Source: Paraphysomonas bandaiensis
Taxonomy: Eukaryota > Protista > Chrysophyceae
Direction: 5' to 3'
Assembly: GCA_965644295.1 (NCBI GenBank)
Contig: CBFFRP010000146.1
Span: 62,001 to 126,000, forward strand
Length of the DNA stretch: 64,000 nt
Each line of letters begins with the position of its first letter. Within the stretch, counting starts at the first letter, position 1. Shown in pieces: positions 62,119 through 64,000 of the stretch. Made by a program: the position numbers and the translations under genes. The notes beneath the pieces are model-generated. The model worked only from the letters and a program-made list of their open reading frames with translations. It searched no databases and had not been told where the DNA came from.

Positions 62119-62830
62119 TTATTTATATGTTAATACAGGGGTTGATATGAGATGGTGTTATTATGAGGTAAGGTGATATGTATGTATATATAGAGGGGAT
62201 AGATGTGTAGTTAAGGAGTTTAGTGTTTAATAGCAATGAAATATGCATGTAGATATACATGTATGTACTCCACACTGCTCATACTCATACTGCTGTATAT
62301 CATACCACAGCTATCATATATAGTATACGGTATACCGACTGCTGTATACTACTCGTGCTCGTATCTATGTATACTACTGTAAAATATCCTTGCTGCGATA
62401 CATAGAAAATGGGGATTTTATTGATAATTATCTCTGATTTTCCAGTATTTCAAGATGTTCTGTTCCACAGAGTGAATATCAATTATACGGGTTACATATA
62501 ATGCAAATACATCACATGCGTTCCATATATAGAGAGAGACTACACGGGTTACATGATCTCCACATGGCCCGTATGAATGGTTAAGAAATCTATGGTACTT
62601 TCACAACAAAACTTGTCCCAAAATCAGCCAGTGAACGAAAATTGGTTCTATCTTGGATACAATGCATTGCTTTTGTATGGAGCATGTACCTCATGTGTAT
62701 GGTCCTTATATACAGATGTCTCATCTATATAGACCGAGTGTCTGTAGTAGTACATATGATATATATCTCTTAGCATCTTAAGGGGGGTGTATATATCATG
62801 AACCTGCTTTGATTATTACCCTTCATTCAT

Positions 62831-64000
62831 ATGATGCCTAAAGGGAAAAATAAAAAAAGTGAGAGTGCATTACCTCAAATACGAGTAGAGATCAAGCATC
62901 GTAAGGATGCAGAGAGCTCTGATGTCGTTACTAGAGTTTCCGAACAATCGACTGCAAGCAATTCGTATGACAGCCAAGATCTCCACGATATTTCTTACTC
63001 AGAACATAAATCGAAGGATTCATGCACTCGAGGTGACTGCTTGTATCATGTCAGTGCGAAGCCATTGACATCGTCTATGTATGTCAAAGCAACTGCGGCG
63101 TCACATTTCAACCACCACGGAAAGCTATCTAAACAGAATAAGTGTGCTGTCGATGAATCCAATGATAAAACTCTCGACGTTCCTAGAAAGCGTGCCGTAA
63201 GTGCTGAGGAACTATCGCACAAGTGGCACTACTCAAGTGCCGATCAAGAAAACTTATCATTTGAGTCTGTACAACTCGTTGAGAGCTACTTGGAATGTCA
63301 TCACAGTTTTGCAGACCCATCCGTACCGAAACTGGAGTGTGGAAGTAATTCAAAGAGTGAAGTAAATGTTACTCGTAGGTCAAAGCAACGGGTACCTGCT
63401 GTAAAGCAGAGAGGAGGTCAGGGAGTGTATCTGGACAGTAAACTGCCCGCTCCAATGAAGTATCAACTGCCCCCTCAGTTAGTGCCTAGTAGTGATAAAG
63501 GTAATGAGCTAACCAGCTCACCAGAGCGATTTCCTGCGGCTGAATCTAACGTCTTAGGATTAAACTTCTACCGTCCTTGTACACCTTTTAATAAGGAAGT
63601 GAATCAGGATTCTGAATTTCTTCTACATGTTGTCGGAAGTGCTGTATGGAAATCTCCTCGAGTAGGCTCTAACTCTGTAGTGACTGGGAGTAGTAAAGAT
63701 TCCAATGACAAGGACTACGAATTAGCGTCGCAATCCTCAATTTCGCCTGCTTGTCGCCATCTCAGTATTCATATTCCGACATCAGCAAGGTATAACGCGA
63801 ATGACTCAAATCTTCCTGTTATCAATACTGCCCATGAAAAGAAGCGCAATTTGTCAGTGACTAGGGTAAAAAGCCCAAGTGTTCAAACGACGGAGTCACA
63901 CACTGATGGTTGTGAGAGTACTACGGAATCATCTGTGAATCATTTTCCGGAAGGCTACAAGAATCAGGATCCCCGAAAATTACGTGTGGGTGTTGTCGTC
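62831..64000 (+). CDS. 5' part of a hypothetical low-complexity protein (runs off the window end)
   Basis: ATG at 62831 and 390 open codons to the edge (MMPKGKNKKSESALPQIRVEIKH...); translated manually. Confidence 0.7.
   Translation, partial: MMPKGKNKKSESALPQIRVEIKHRKDAESSDVVTRVSEQSTASNSYDSQDLHDISYSEHKSKDSCTRGDCLYHVSAKPLTSSMYVKATAASHFNHHGKLSKQNKCAVDESNDKTLDVPRKRAVSAEELSHKWHYSSADQENLSFESVQLVESYLECHHSFADPSVPKLECGSNSKSEVNVTRRSKQRVPAVKQRGGQGVYLDSKLPAPMKYQLPPQLVPSSDKGNELTSSPERFPAAESNVLGLNFYRPCTPFNKEVNQDSEFLLHVVGSAVWKSPRVGSNSVVTGSSKDSNDKDYELASQSSISPACRHLSIHIPTSARYNANDSNLPVINTAHEKKRNLSVTRVKSPSVQTTESHTDGCESTTESSVNHFPEGYKNQDPRKLRVGVVV

Overview
Gene-dense eukaryotic nuclear DNA with many short (about 45-60 nt) GT-AG introns and the standard genetic code. 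Gene content suggests a stramenopile protist, possibly a chrysophyte (inference). Host genes are a SCAR/WAVE protein, a C2-myotubularin, a coiled-coil/SnoaL-like protein, a dynamin-related GTPase, Erv1/ALR, a two-repeat CNBD K+ channel with a frameshift, an Mrc1/Claspin-like protein, a SAM methyltransferase, a giant multi-domain calpain, COMMD3 and several hypotheticals. Almost all sit in head-to-head pairs. Mobile DNA includes an intact, very young Copia element (identical 258-bp LTRs, non-TG/CA ends), LTRs of a second family, MITE-like palindromes and a dispersed repeat family. The most notable item is a 5.7-kb hAT element (17969-23641; 23-bp TIRs, 8-bp TSD) with only a transposase remnant. 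It carries an 829-bp palindromic cassette that points two identical upstream + N-terminal 'header' modules in opposite directions, one spliced to an atypical protein kinase (a Crinkler-like architecture by inference). No rRNA, tRNA or CRISPR array was recognised.
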